Origin: Basidiobolus ranarum
Lineage: Eukaryota
Length of the DNA: 45,150 bases
Assembly (NCBI GenBank): GCA_040143965.1
Contig: JASJQH010000027.1
Span: 1-45,150 of the forward strand
Reading direction: 5' to 3'
In this document: positions 34,529-45,150 of the stretch, piece by piece
How positions within the stretch are numbered: position 1 is the stretch's first letter
How the letters are laid out: each line of letters opens with the position of its first letter
Translations under genes and position numbers: made by a program
The notes under the pieces: model-generated
Seen by the model: only the letters and a program-made list of their open reading frames with translations
What the model was told of the DNA's origin: nothing
Databases searched by the model: none

Positions 34529-35050
34529 TTATATTTGTTGGAAGGTGATGAATCCAATGAGAATCAGCATAGAGGTCATAGTAGCGCTATTAGCTATGGC
34601 GTTCGATTTCTCTCCGTTCTTGGACGAGTCTGTCCCATTTGTACTGGGGTTGCTATCAGAACCAGAGCCAGTTGTTGATTTTCCATCTGACGACACGATC
34701 TCAAAGAAGTCGCTATAATACACATCAGCAGCTACACCTACACGAATGGCGTAATCTTTGGCAGGCGCTTGAGTAGCAGGGATCTCCCACTGGTACTGGC
34801 CAGAAGCAGTATCGACATCTTTTTGAATAACGGAGACCAAGGCAAGCGATGTTTGTTTACCCTGCATAAGAGCAATATCAAACTTGCCAGACATGGCAGG
34901 GGTTTCTCCATTATCTATCCAGGTGATGATGTTCTTGGTACCAGCCTTCCAAACACTTTGTACGGGAGCAGTGATGGCAGGCTTTGCACTCGCATATGAA
35001 AGGAAAGAAGCAATCACAATTGATACAGTGGCAATGTTAGGAAGATACAT
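34529..35050 (-). CDS. Kre9/Knh1-like GPI-anchored protein (copy 2)
   Basis: Starts MYLPNIAT (ATG 35050); core domain nearly identical to copy 1; GPI-type C-terminus. Confidence 0.9.
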   Translation of the reverse strand: MYLPNIATVSIVIASFLSYASAKPAITAPVQSVWKAGTKNIITWIDNGETPAMSGKFDIALMQGKQTSLALVSVIQKDVDTASGQYQWEIPATQAPAKDYAIRVGVAADVYYSDFFEIVSSDGKSTTGSGSDSNPSTNGTDSSKNGEKSNAIANSATMTSMLILIGFITFQQI

Positions 35051-35559
35051 AGTTAAAGAGGTTTTTGAATATTTCAAGTACCGACAGTTCAGTTTATATA
35101 TTCAGAAATATGCCACTACGATATCTCGTGTCATAGATGAATCTTTAAACTAAATGACAAACTTGTATCTAGTTCTGCATCATCTCAACGTCATATTTCC
35201 TCTCACCTGCAACTGAGTCATTTTAGTATTTATTGAACGCGTACTTCATGTTTTCGTGTAACATGAAAATGAAAATTCATACTACCTTACTTTGTAATAA
35301 TCTCACTAATCCATAAGATGTCATAGATCTACGAAAAACACATTGCTGGGCTCTAAAATTTCAAAAGTTGTACTAAATAGTCTTCCTGTTTATGAATATT
35401 CGTCAGGAGTAATGTTATTGGCAATGAGGATTTGCTTTAATTATTTATTGAAAGTATAACAGGCACGAAGTTGACCAAGAAATAGATTATAGAGTACTTT
35501 GAAATTTTAAATCTGCAACAGATTAAGTAAATTAGTAGAGGGTATCTAGTCACAAAAAC

Positions 35560-36375
35560 TTAGATTAACTGCGTAATAACGCATCCAACAACCATTAGCG
35601 TTGAGATAAATGAAATTCCGATAGCTGGGCTACCTGAAATATCGGTAGGAGTGTGGGATGGTTGGAGAGGGTCAGGGGTTATAGAGCTAGAGCTTGACGT
35701 CTGAGCAACCGAGGTGATTTCGGAAGTACTGGCAGGTGTTGGAGTAGATTCACTAGTACTGGAGGCGATAAAAGTGCTTTCAGCAACGCTGCTGGTGGAT
35801 TTAGCACTTGTAGCTTCGGTGCTAGCAGCTGAGGTAGCTTCACTAATACTACTAGAGTCAATAGCGGTAGTGCTAGAGCTGATTTCGCTGGTGCTATTAT
35901 CGCTGTTAGTACTACTACTGCTGCTAGTGGTACTGGTGCTGGTGCTGGTACTAGTACTGATACTGGTACTGGTGCTGGTACTCTCAGGCACAGATTCACT
36001 AGACTCTTCATTATCTGAAAGAATTTCGAAGTAAGGGCTGTAGGTAATGTTGGGCGAAATGCCAATTTGGATAGCGTAGTCCTTTCCAGAAGCTTGAGAA
36101 ACTGGGATATCCCACTTGAATTGACCAGAAGCAGTATCCACTCCGGTTGCAATATTTCCCATTTGTTGGAGTGAAGAAGCTTTTCCCTGCACCAAAGCTA
36201 AATCAACTTTGTCTGGATAAGGCATTCCATCTTGATTATCGTACCAGGTAATGATGTTTGTTGTTCCAGCCTTCCATTGAGCGCCAAGAGGAGAACTGAT
36301 GGCGGGGCTAGCATCCACGTAGGTAGCAATGGAACTGACAACAGTTAGCAGAGTAGCAAGACTTGAGAGTTGCAT
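35560..36375 (-). CDS. Kre9/Knh1-like GPI-anchored protein (copy 3, long Ser/Thr stalk)
   Basis: Signal peptide, WKAGTTNIITW, SGQFKWDIP..YAIQIG..YSPYFEI, (ST)n stalk encoded by hexamer repeats, GPI signal. Confidence 0.9.
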   Translation of the reverse strand: MQLSSLATLLTVVSSIATYVDASPAISSPLGAQWKAGTTNIITWYDNQDGMPYPDKVDLALVQGKASSLQQMGNIATGVDTASGQFKWDIPVSQASGKDYAIQIGISPNITYSPYFEILSDNEESSESVPESTSTSTSISTSTSTSTSTTSSSSSTNSDNSTSEISSSTTAIDSSSISEATSAASTEATSAKSTSSVAESTFIASSTSESTPTPASTSEITSVAQTSSSSSITPDPLQPSHTPTDISGSPAIGISFISTLMVVGCVITQLI

Positions 36376-37887
36376 TTTTTTAGAGTGGAATGTAAGCAGG
36401 ACTGAAATACTTCAAGTACTTATATATATGATATATATTCAAGGTTATATTAGAATGGAACAAATCGAGCATTCAAAAACCTATTTTAGTCAACTAGTAG
36501 GTGGCTGAATTGGGGTTAGAAACTAAATAAGACAAAATAGGCTCAATAGATTTAGGTTCAGATTTACCTCGCCAAGAGATAATCACTCTACACGGATGTT
36601 CTAATTCCGTAACAGATTTAGTAAACAACTTGGATAATTAGTAGAACAAAGGTCAAAGATGAAAGTACAGTTTGGGTTTAATTGATTCCTAAACCATCAT
36701 TTTCGCTCATGTACTTTGCTCTGGACCTACGCGAATTCATATCCAATTCCCATACAGAATCCACACCAGCCATTATTGATCTCAGTTAATCTCCTGAGAA
36801 TAAAGTTTACTATGAGTTTCTTTAAAATATCAACGATAAACCATTTATGGGGATGCACTTATTTATAGAAATCTCCATCTCAATTTGGAAACCGTGTCGA
36901 GCTTTAACTGAAAATTGTAGCAATTCTTCTAACTTATATGAGACTCAAATCTCATACTTTGTTCTAAATTGGTAGTGGAATAACCTATTTGACAACCGAT
37001 AGTGTCAATACCGAAGTTGTGGTGGTACAGTTGGTAAAGTCTCCAGTATTTATACACATAAAATAATGGCTTGAGTAAGTGTTTTACAATCCAACGTGCT
37101 TGGTTTAGCTATGCGAACGTCGTAGTAGGGCATTCGAAGCTTATACATATATTCCGTCTCTTGAGTGGTTGTAATATCTTGAATTGGTGAGAAGTGATAT
37201 TTACTCATCTAATATATATATATATAGGTTTGTTTTACACACAAGTAGTTAATTTTCAATTCGATATTGGCAGATGCAATCTTTCATAATCTTCTGCTTA
37301 GAACCAGATATATAATTGCTTATTGAAATGTAAGCCAGCCTAGCTAATAACCACGATTCAGTGTGGATGATACTGGATTCATTTATACTGGATACATTTT
37401 CCATATCTGATTGTGCATATCTGAATGGAATGAAATTTCTATATATGGGTTAAAATCCTAATCTTGCCAAATACGAAATGAATGTTAGGATTACATCGCA
37501 AAGTGATAGTGTATATATGTTTATATTATGTAGATAGTCTCTCTTGTAGGACCTTTCAATTAGTCTTTAAATACTTAGTTAGACCCAAACGATCTTTTGA
37601 CTGCGCAGATCACTAAGTACTCATGTATTACTATAGTTAATTGAATCCCAAATGTTGTAGAATCTAACACCATAAAGAGCCAAGAAAGATTATAAGATAT
37701 GAAGATAATTGTTCGTGTGAATCAGCTGCTTGTGTATATATAGTTTTACCATAAAAGAGAGAAGTGTTCATTGAAAAAAGTACGTTGGATAGGGTTAGGG
37801 TTAGAGTTAGCTCACTTGCATAATCTCTGTGGATTGAGAATTACTAGTTGAATAATATTAAACGTCACTTATGTATTTTACTATGTT

Positions 37888-38553
37888 CTAAATTAGTTGA
37901 GCAATAACCCACCCAACACCAGTTAGTGCCGAAACAAAGGAAGCTACATTAGTCGAACTACCCGAGGTGTTTCCATTGGTAGGTGAAGAAGGATTGGAGG
38001 GTGTTTTGGTAGTGCTTGAGATTTTAGAAGCCTCAGAAATTGTACTACCGGATGGCGTTGTAACTGCTTCACTAGTGGCATGTGTAGTTTCGCTGACACT
38101 GTTGGTGGATTCAACGCTAGAGATGTCGGTGCTGGTGACTGAGGTGGCTTCACTACTACTCTCGGGAACTGATTTACTGGAGTTTCCGTTAGCCACAACA
38201 ATCTCGAAGTAGGGACTGTAGAAAATGTTGGGCAGAACGCCGATTCGAATAGCATAATCACTTCCAGGAACTTGAGCGGCTGGGATGTCCCATATGAATT
38301 GACCAGAGGCGGTATCCACTTCGGTTGCAATATTTCCGACTTCTTGAAGCGAAGTAGGCTTGCCTTGCATCAAAGACAGATTAACTTTGTCAGGAGAAGA
38401 TTTCCCATCTTGATTATCGATCCAGGTAATAACGTTGGCTGTTCCAGCCTTCCATTGAACTTGAAGAGGGGAAGTAATGGCGGGACTGGCATCCACGTAG
38501 ATAGAAATAGAGCTGAGAGCAGTTAGCAGAGTAGCGAGGCCAGAGAGTTGCAT
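37888..38553 (-). CDS. Kre9/Knh1-like GPI-anchored protein (copy 4)
   Basis: MQLSGLAT signal peptide resembling copy 3, WKAGTANVITW, YSPYFEI, Ser/Thr stalk, GPI signal. Confidence 0.9.
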   Translation of the reverse strand: MQLSGLATLLTALSSISIYVDASPAITSPLQVQWKAGTANVITWIDNQDGKSSPDKVNLSLMQGKPTSLQEVGNIATEVDTASGQFIWDIPAAQVPGSDYAIRIGVLPNIFYSPYFEIVVANGNSSKSVPESSSEATSVTSTDISSVESTNSVSETTHATSEAVTTPSGSTISEASKISSTTKTPSNPSSPTNGNTSGSSTNVASFVSALTGVGWVIAQLI

Positions 38554-39156
38554 CTTTTAGGATTGAAATGAAAAGGTTAACCGCAAGTCGAATATATCAA
38601 ACAGGCATCCTTTTTATAAGGATAGACCATCGTAATATCCAACTATCATTCTATGACCTAAGCTTTACTTCGTTTCTTCATTGACCCTAGACTTCGGCGG
38701 AAGCACCATCACTTTTCACCATTTTGGAGTATTGGTAATAACTATCCAATTAACTAGAACTAACAATATGGCAAATTCCACTTTCATCATATCCGCCCTG
38801 AGATCCCAGATTTAGAAGAGACAACGCTGGATCGATTCTGTTCTTAGGATGATGATGATTACGATCTGTCAAAACTTGCTTAGGGTTAGGGCTAGATAAG
38901 ATATTAGGTTAGGATCTACTTGCTACTGTTGATCAAGTAGGGATCCCTCTTATTTCGTAATATTAGAGACTTGCCACAAACCAACAATATATGGCTGATA
39001 AATACATTAATAATTTAATCATTTCTCATACGAAATGACCGATCATTTATATGGAGAATTGTGAATAAGGAGTCGACTATGACAAGATTTTGTTTGGTGA
39101 GATGGTAATGAGTGTACAAATAACTGTTGCTATGTAGATGCTAGTTTTGTAAATGT

Positions 39157-40146
39157 TTACTTAGGTGGGTTGTAGATAATTTTTCTATTCTTAAGTACGC
39201 TCCACTTGTAACGTTTGAGCCAGATGGAGATAACAAACAATCCGGAGAGAATGGCTACAGCCTTGAGACCAAGTTTCTTACGCTCATCGTGCTCGGGCTC
39301 AGATGCCCAAGAAAGGAAAGTACTGACATCCTTGGCCATCTGGGAAGTGGTGGCGGGAGTACCATCTTCGTACTCAACTAAACCATCATATAAAACTCTG
39401 GCCATAGCAATTGCACCACCGGGGAAATAAGGATTATAATTAAGTCCCTCACGTACTTCAACACCAGCTGGTGGGTCATAATAACCAGTTAAGAGGGCGA
39501 AAATATAATCCGCTCCTCCGTGTCTTCCCTTGACAATTAAACTAAGATCTGGTGGGTAGGCACCAGCATTACCTGCTCTAGCTGCTTCTTCGTTAGGGTA
39601 AGGGCGGGGGAAGTAATCAGAGGGTTTACCAGGTCTTTCAAACATATCGCCAACATCGTTGGGACCATCTTGAACTTCGATTTCTTCAGCTAAAGCCTTA
39701 ACCTCATCTTCTGTGTGTGAAACATCAATTAAGTTACGGAAGGCAATGCGATCCAAAGAATGGCAAGTGGAGCAAACTTCCTTATACACTTGGTAACCAC
39801 GACGAATTGAGGCATGATCAAAAGTACTCAATGGGTTATTGTGAGCCCAAGGGAAGGAAGGGGGATGAAGTCCTTCACCAGAAGCATCAGCATGAACATT
39901 GCTCTCGAAGTACGAATATGTTGCAATACCAGACACAGCAGTGGCAGCAGCAATGGTGCCAATACGAGAGTAAACATTCTATTCAAAAGGAAAAAACTTA
40001 ATATACGCAGTACCAACCAAATGGTGTAAACAGGGGATACCTACAGATTCGATGGCAGCGGAGTGAGTGGAAGCAAAACGAACTTGCTTCGCTCCATAAG
40101 GTATGGCTCTTTTCAAAGCGTTAGAGGTGGCAAATCTGAAGAACAT
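39157..40146 (-). CDS. CYT1: Cytochrome c1, mitochondrial (2 exons)
   Basis: Presequence MFFRFATSN...RFAS, one phase-0 intron ~39978-40044, [21 protein letters not shown] heme motif, [12 protein letters not shown]-terminal TM helix. Confidence 0.97.
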
Positions 40147-40390
40147 GCCGGTAACGAAGGAGTGGTAGTAGGTAGAGAATAGAGGAAAGTGAAGTATTGA
40201 CAAGAGGGTAAGTTGGAGAGTAAGAAATTTGAGTTAGATTTACACTGAAAAGGCCACTTCTCAAATCAATGAAGACGACAATAGAAAATGAGGGTTCAGG
40301 TGAAAGTGTGAAATTTTTAAATTACTAAGTTTAATCAAAACCCCGACCGATTTTTCTCCCCGTACTTTGACAAAGTTCTTGGGGTGCTTG

Positions 40391-40395
40391 ATTGG
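40391..40395 (-). promoter_or_regulatory. CCAAT box upstream of CYT1
   Basis: CCAATCA on the gene strand ~245 bp upstream of the ATG; respiratory genes are established HAP/CCAAT-complex targets in fungi. Confidence 0.4.
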
Positions 40396-40985
40396 TAGAA
40401 TAAGTGTGGGGCCAACACGGGGGATTCAGCAAGCAGATTTATTTTAACGAAGTTTAATTATTGCGGGACACCACACTTATCTCCAGATGCCTATTAGTTA
40501 TTATCATTAGCTAGTAGATAAAGTAGAAATTAGAGTTTAACTAAACGATCTGGAAGATTATTTACTAGTTTAGAAAGCTCAGAAAACTGGAGTAGATAAA
40601 CCGACAGATACATGGGGGTAAATGAGTTGAGGTCAGTGCGCGTGGTTTGAGTTGACGCTGTACCAATTTGGGAGTTAGATCGACAGTAAATTTACAGATA
40701 GAGAGACTTCCACTTCACTTGTATTTAGAGTCTTTTGATCAGGAATAGGGCCAACTACTGACAATCGATTTTATGAGTTTTAGTGAGCATATTTCCCACT
40801 TTATCATTGATTATTCTTTATTTCAGGACTTTCCTCTGGGGTGTTGGCTAAACTACACTCAAGTAGATTTCTACTTATTTTGTGATAAACCTAAACCACA
40901 TTGGACTTCATATCCAAGCAAAGATATGCGGAATCGTTTAGTGCTGGAATCTATATATTTGCTGATAAATGACGTATCAACAAAT

Positions 40986-41073
40986 ATAATTCCGCACTAT
41001 AAAGAAAATAGCGCATTCCATGAAGGTGTAATAATTCCACACTATAAAGAAAATAGCGCATTCCATGAAGGTG
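40986..41073. repeat. Tandem duplication, 45-bp period x2 (1 mismatch)
   Basis: ATAATTCCRCACTATAAAGAAAATAGCGCATTCCATGAAGGTG at 40986 and 41031. Confidence 0.95.
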
Positions 41074-41981
41074 CATTCTTGTAGCTATTCATTATCTTGA
41101 CTTTGATGCGCATCTCAGTCTTATTACTGTTTCATCAAGACTTGCATATGTTCCTGAACCTCCTTTTTCAAGTTTATGCATCAAATAACAAACAAATCGT
41201 ACTCTTTTTACACATCAAATAAATTTGTCAGATAGCTGATTTTATCCCCAATTTAAGAAACCGCCTATGTGATATGGTATAGGAGAAGATCTACAGCCTG
41301 AACAAATGTTATAGTAGGTATGATACTATGATATAGTCTAAAAACACCATGTAAAGTACTCAGTGAATGCTGAAGCAACCAGGAGAACGAGAGTAGCAGC
41401 ACACTTCACGATTCTTCGCAAGATATTTGGTATAAGAGAAAGGATGAGAGGTAAATGTGAAGAATATTGAATACAGAATACCAGACTAAAGATGAAATTA
41501 TCTACCTACTTGCCATCTCCTTACTTTCGTCAGTGAATGCTACCGCTATTTCTCTACCTATTATTTTGTATTCCATTACATAAATCTCCGATCTGTTCTA
41601 CATCTTAAATAAAATGTTACTCACGTATTGATATAAATCTAACATTCCTCAAAACAGTTTTTTACTTTCAGAAGTATACACTCATCTTGACGTTTACAGG
41701 CCAAATAAATCATGCAAGTAAACTTTCAAATGCCCTTGTTGTAGTATGTAATTTGATGTAATATACAAGGGTAGTTAAGGGTAGTCAAGGGTAGCCAGTT
41801 TGAGGGGATCTATGAAATAATTCGAGTATTAGACATGGGTAGCGCAATCAGCACGAGTTGGTTGTTTATTTGAAATTCTGTCATCTCAATTTAATAAGGT
41901 TGAGGCTTGCCACGTATCATCAAATAGATCACGTGTAGAAGGTGGCTTATATTAACAAGACAACCGAGAGAATAACCTTTG

Positions 41982-43279
41982 ATGTTGCTATACGTATTCA
42001 TAGGGTTTCTGGCAGTTTTAGGTGGAGTGTTGTATTCACCATTAAATGAATTATGGGAAGTTACCGGAGTAAACAAACCACTACCTGCTCAAGCAATCCC
42101 TACTGGCTGTACACTATTGAAAGGTAATCTACTCATTTTGTTTGTTTTGTAATTAAAAAACTTATTCTTCATTGAATAGAGCTCCAAGCTTGTGAAGATA
42201 TTCACATTCATCACAGTACAGCTACAGCCTTTCTAACCTGTGGTGAACCTCAAAGAAGACTGCAGTGGTATCCTCCCATTCAGAAGCTAGACAAAGCTGG
42301 AGCTAAGAAAGACTATTTCGTAAAATATGATTTGACAGTAAGCCTTTTATTTGCTAAAGTTGTATCTACGGTTCACAACACTAATCCAACGTAAACAATT
42401 TAAAGACAGATACTTATCAAACTTTGAAAGTGCTTAATTTTCCTTCTACTGAATTATCACTTCATGGAATTGGCATGCGCGAGAATCCAGAAAACCCCAA
42501 AGAACTTATTCTGGCAGCAGTAAACCACCGCACCTCTGGCTCAGTAATCGAAATATTCATGCATTCAATTGGAAGTGATGAGTTGGTACACGTGGAGACA
42601 GTGGTACACGAGCTTATACATTCCCCGAATGATATAGTGGTACTCTCTAAGAATGAGTTTTATGTTACTAATGATTCACCACCTGGTCTGCCTCAATGGG
42701 CAAAAGTAGTAAATGGTAAATACCATGCTTTGTTGGTAAAAAAAGGTCTCCTAACTTTTTGTTTATGTAGTTCTTGCTCCTCCTTATACTTCCATTGTCC
42801 ATCGCTCCTCCTCTGGAGAAGTGCGCACTGTCGCAACGCTCCGCGGTGCTAACGGAATGACCGCTAATCATGATGCAAGCCTCCTATACGTTAGTTCATG
42901 TGGTATTGGTCATTTAAATGTCTACGAAAGAAGCTCAAACACTGGCGCCTTGGAGCTCACTAATGTAATCAAAACTGGGCACATAATCGATAATCCTAGC
43001 GTAGATTATAATACTGGAGAATTATACGTCACCGGACCTACAAATGGTCTTCTCAATCTGAAGTCATTTAGTACATTGGGTGTTCAAGTGCCCTTCCAGG
43101 TGTCAAAAATCATCAATAACACTGACAGCGATTCATTCTACGGTATAAGATACAAGTCGCATCCATTCATATCTGGAATCGCGCCAGGAATGGCTACCGT
43201 TAGTGTCGTTGATTCAAAACTAGGCAAAGCACTAATTGGTGGCTTTAATATGCAGGGAACATTTGTATGCAAAATCTAA
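41982..43279 (+). CDS. Paraoxonase/arylesterase-like six-bladed beta-propeller, N-terminal anchor, ~4 exons
   Basis: Hydrophobic N-terminus MLLYVFIGFLAVLGG; C..ACED, LHG, VNH, SPNDI, FYVTND, ANG, IDN motifs matching the Ca-binding/catalytic positions of PON-family enzymes. Confidence 0.85.
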
Positions 43280-43734
43280 AACTTAGTACGATTATTTTTT
43301 ACATTCAATATTTGCCATATCAGTTTTCTCAATACATTTGCTATTTGGTTAGTTAATCAAATTGAATGTGATAATAATAAAGTCAATCAAATACAAATAC
43401 CTTGTGTCAAAAAGATAAAATCAATAATTCCAATTAAACTACTATTTTACTATAGATCAGGATGATTTCCCTTGAATTGTTGCCAGCAAGTTTGATCTCA
43501 CAAGCATTGAAAACAGTAATCGGTGGAAAGAGAGGAAATAAAAACTGAGGTTGGGAGGAGGAAATACACTAAGTAATGTAGTCTTTATTTAAATATGTTT
43601 TCAACCTAAATGAAGAGACATCTGGAATATTGACCTGCAAATTTTAACAGAGAGGTTTGATACTGAGCAACATATTCAATTTCCGCAGTTGAAAAGATAG
43701 TGTTGAGTAGGAAAATGGCAACCATTTTGCCTAT

Positions 43735-44019
43735 TTACAGTTCTACCAGACAGCACTGTACTAAAGACAATTGTGTTAAATCTACGGATTCGATCCAGCC
43801 AATTTCGTATGGTGTTTCGTGAAGAACTGTTTTTATACCTATCTCGTAGTTATATAACGTTACTTCGGTACCATTAACATTTAAAGTAAGATCATCGTTC
43901 GCATTTAAACTAGATACCGCTTTTTGTAACTGAGTTGACAGAGAGGCTTCTCTGGCAGTACAAAGATACACTTTGTCTTTATAGTCCAAAACTGCCCAAA
44001 GCATACTCTTTTTTTCCAT
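43735..44019 (-). CDS. Hypothetical 94-aa protein
   Basis: ATG-initiated ORF with plausible composition; no recognisable motif. Confidence 0.3.
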   Translation of the reverse strand: MEKKSMLWAVLDYKDKVYLCTAREASLSTQLQKAVSSLNANDDLTLNVNGTEVTLYNYEIGIKTVLHETPYEIGWIESVDLTQLSLVQCCLVEL

Positions 44020-44669
44020 TCTTTAACGACGCTATTATTGCAAATTGGGAGTTTGCAAGTATTATTTATACAATCTTATAACTTATTTTTGTTTTTATGA
44101 ATTGAGAGCTTTCGTCCCGAAAGTGCCAATATGAAATAGGTCTAGATGTGAAAACAACCTAAGGAATGTGAGATGGGAGTATGAAGTAGTTTGTTGATTA
44201 GACGGAGGCACATTAACTTAGTTTAAATGGTCATTTTTCCAAAATCATATGTAATAATGTGCCTCTGGAGGACCGAGACATAAATTCCTCACTAGGTTAA
44301 ACTATTGGATGAATAGTCAGTTTGAGTTCTTAACAAATCGGATGATAACAGTTACAGTGCTATTAATACTAATGCCAAACAACGAGGCCACTATAGCTGC
44401 TGAAGTGCAGAAGCAATATGAGTACATCACTTAGAAGATAAGATTAATAACACGCTTAAATTTGACTAAATACAATATCAACAGCCACTGCGCTATCAAT
44501 ACTAGTCTCATCAAATTGGAATTTATGTTATTCAAGCCACAAGTCTTAGGAGGTTTATATTGTGATCTCTTCTCTAAAGCAGTAGGGTCTTCAGAGCTGT
44601 AAGCAGGGTCCGGGTGCAATGTGGCTAATGGCTTTCTGGATACTACTTTAACATGGGGTTAGGGTTACT

Positions 44670-45150
44670 TAGGGGGATGAAAAGCACCAGGTGGTGTGGA
44701 CTTTACTTGGCTTATATACTAATCTAAACAAAGTGACAATCAAAACATCAATCCTCTAAGATATTGTGACAAAATTGGATCATATCCATACTTAACTTGA
44801 TGACCAATTGTAATCCAGTTCTGAGGATGTAAATATAGTGTTAAGGGGCATAGGTAGTAAGCAGAGAGGAACATACTCAGTACAAACCAAATGGACAATA
44901 GGACAAAAACCTGGAATAATGGAGATCAAAAAAGGTGTCTTGGAGGCAAGATATTGCTTCCAAAGGTCTAGCTGGAAGTCTATAGTAACAATTTTGGGCT
45001 GTTTTGTATCATGTAGTTGTAAGGATAACTCAGAAATAGAATAGTCATCTTGTATCAGTTTCCAGGATGATAGGGGGGATGAAAAGCCCCAGATGGTGTG
45101 GACTTTATTTAGCTTAAATACTAATCTAAACAAAGTGACAATCAAGACAT
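44670..45150. repeat. CpG-depleted degenerate repeat region with ~79-bp direct repeat
   Basis: TAGGGGGATGAAAAGC...GGTGTGGACTTTA...TACTAATCTAAACAAAGTGACAATCAARACAT at 44670-44748 and 45071-45150. I see no CpG after ~44612. Confidence 0.75.

Noticed and set aside
35679-36152. Leu/Val-rich alternative-frame and antisense ORFs (also 37944-38330, 19738-20049, 23820-24572)
   Set aside because: Shadows of low-complexity or long coding sequence in real genes.

Overview
Eukaryotic, AT-rich DNA with many short GT-AG introns, most consistent with an early-diverging fungus (Zoopagomycota/Mucoromycota-like; this is an impression from protein sequences and intron style, not a search result). The first ~2.8 kb is an almost CpG-free cluster of transposon relics: a Ty1/copia RNase H + PPT + LTR, an inverted related LTR and a decayed coding relic. 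A gene-dense block follows: HTD2-like hydratase, COA4, HAD pseudouridine-5'-phosphatase, a MATA/SOX-type HMG factor, class-2 DYRK (Pom1-like) kinase, an uncharacterised FAD/NAD(P) oxidoreductase, a divergent histone H3, CWC24, BFR2, FAM32A/DUF1754, UBP12, a Cys-rich membrane protein, ATF1-like bZIP, LigB/DODA dioxygenase, four tandem Kre9/Knh1-domain GPI proteins, cytochrome c1 and a paraoxonase-like protein. Another degenerate repeat region lies at the right edge. Best leads: (1) an unannotated 58-aa ORF with its own promoter elements and the PKI pseudosubstrate motif RRNAI; (2) three Zap1/ZafA-like zinc-response elements in front of the orphan flavoprotein; (3) an H3 with an extra Ala before R26/K27 and S28T; (4) dense clusters of CRE-like and GGTAGA motifs upstream of ATF1; (5) a probable gene-conversion tract in the GPI array. 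Exon boundaries were read by eye and need RNA-seq confirmation.
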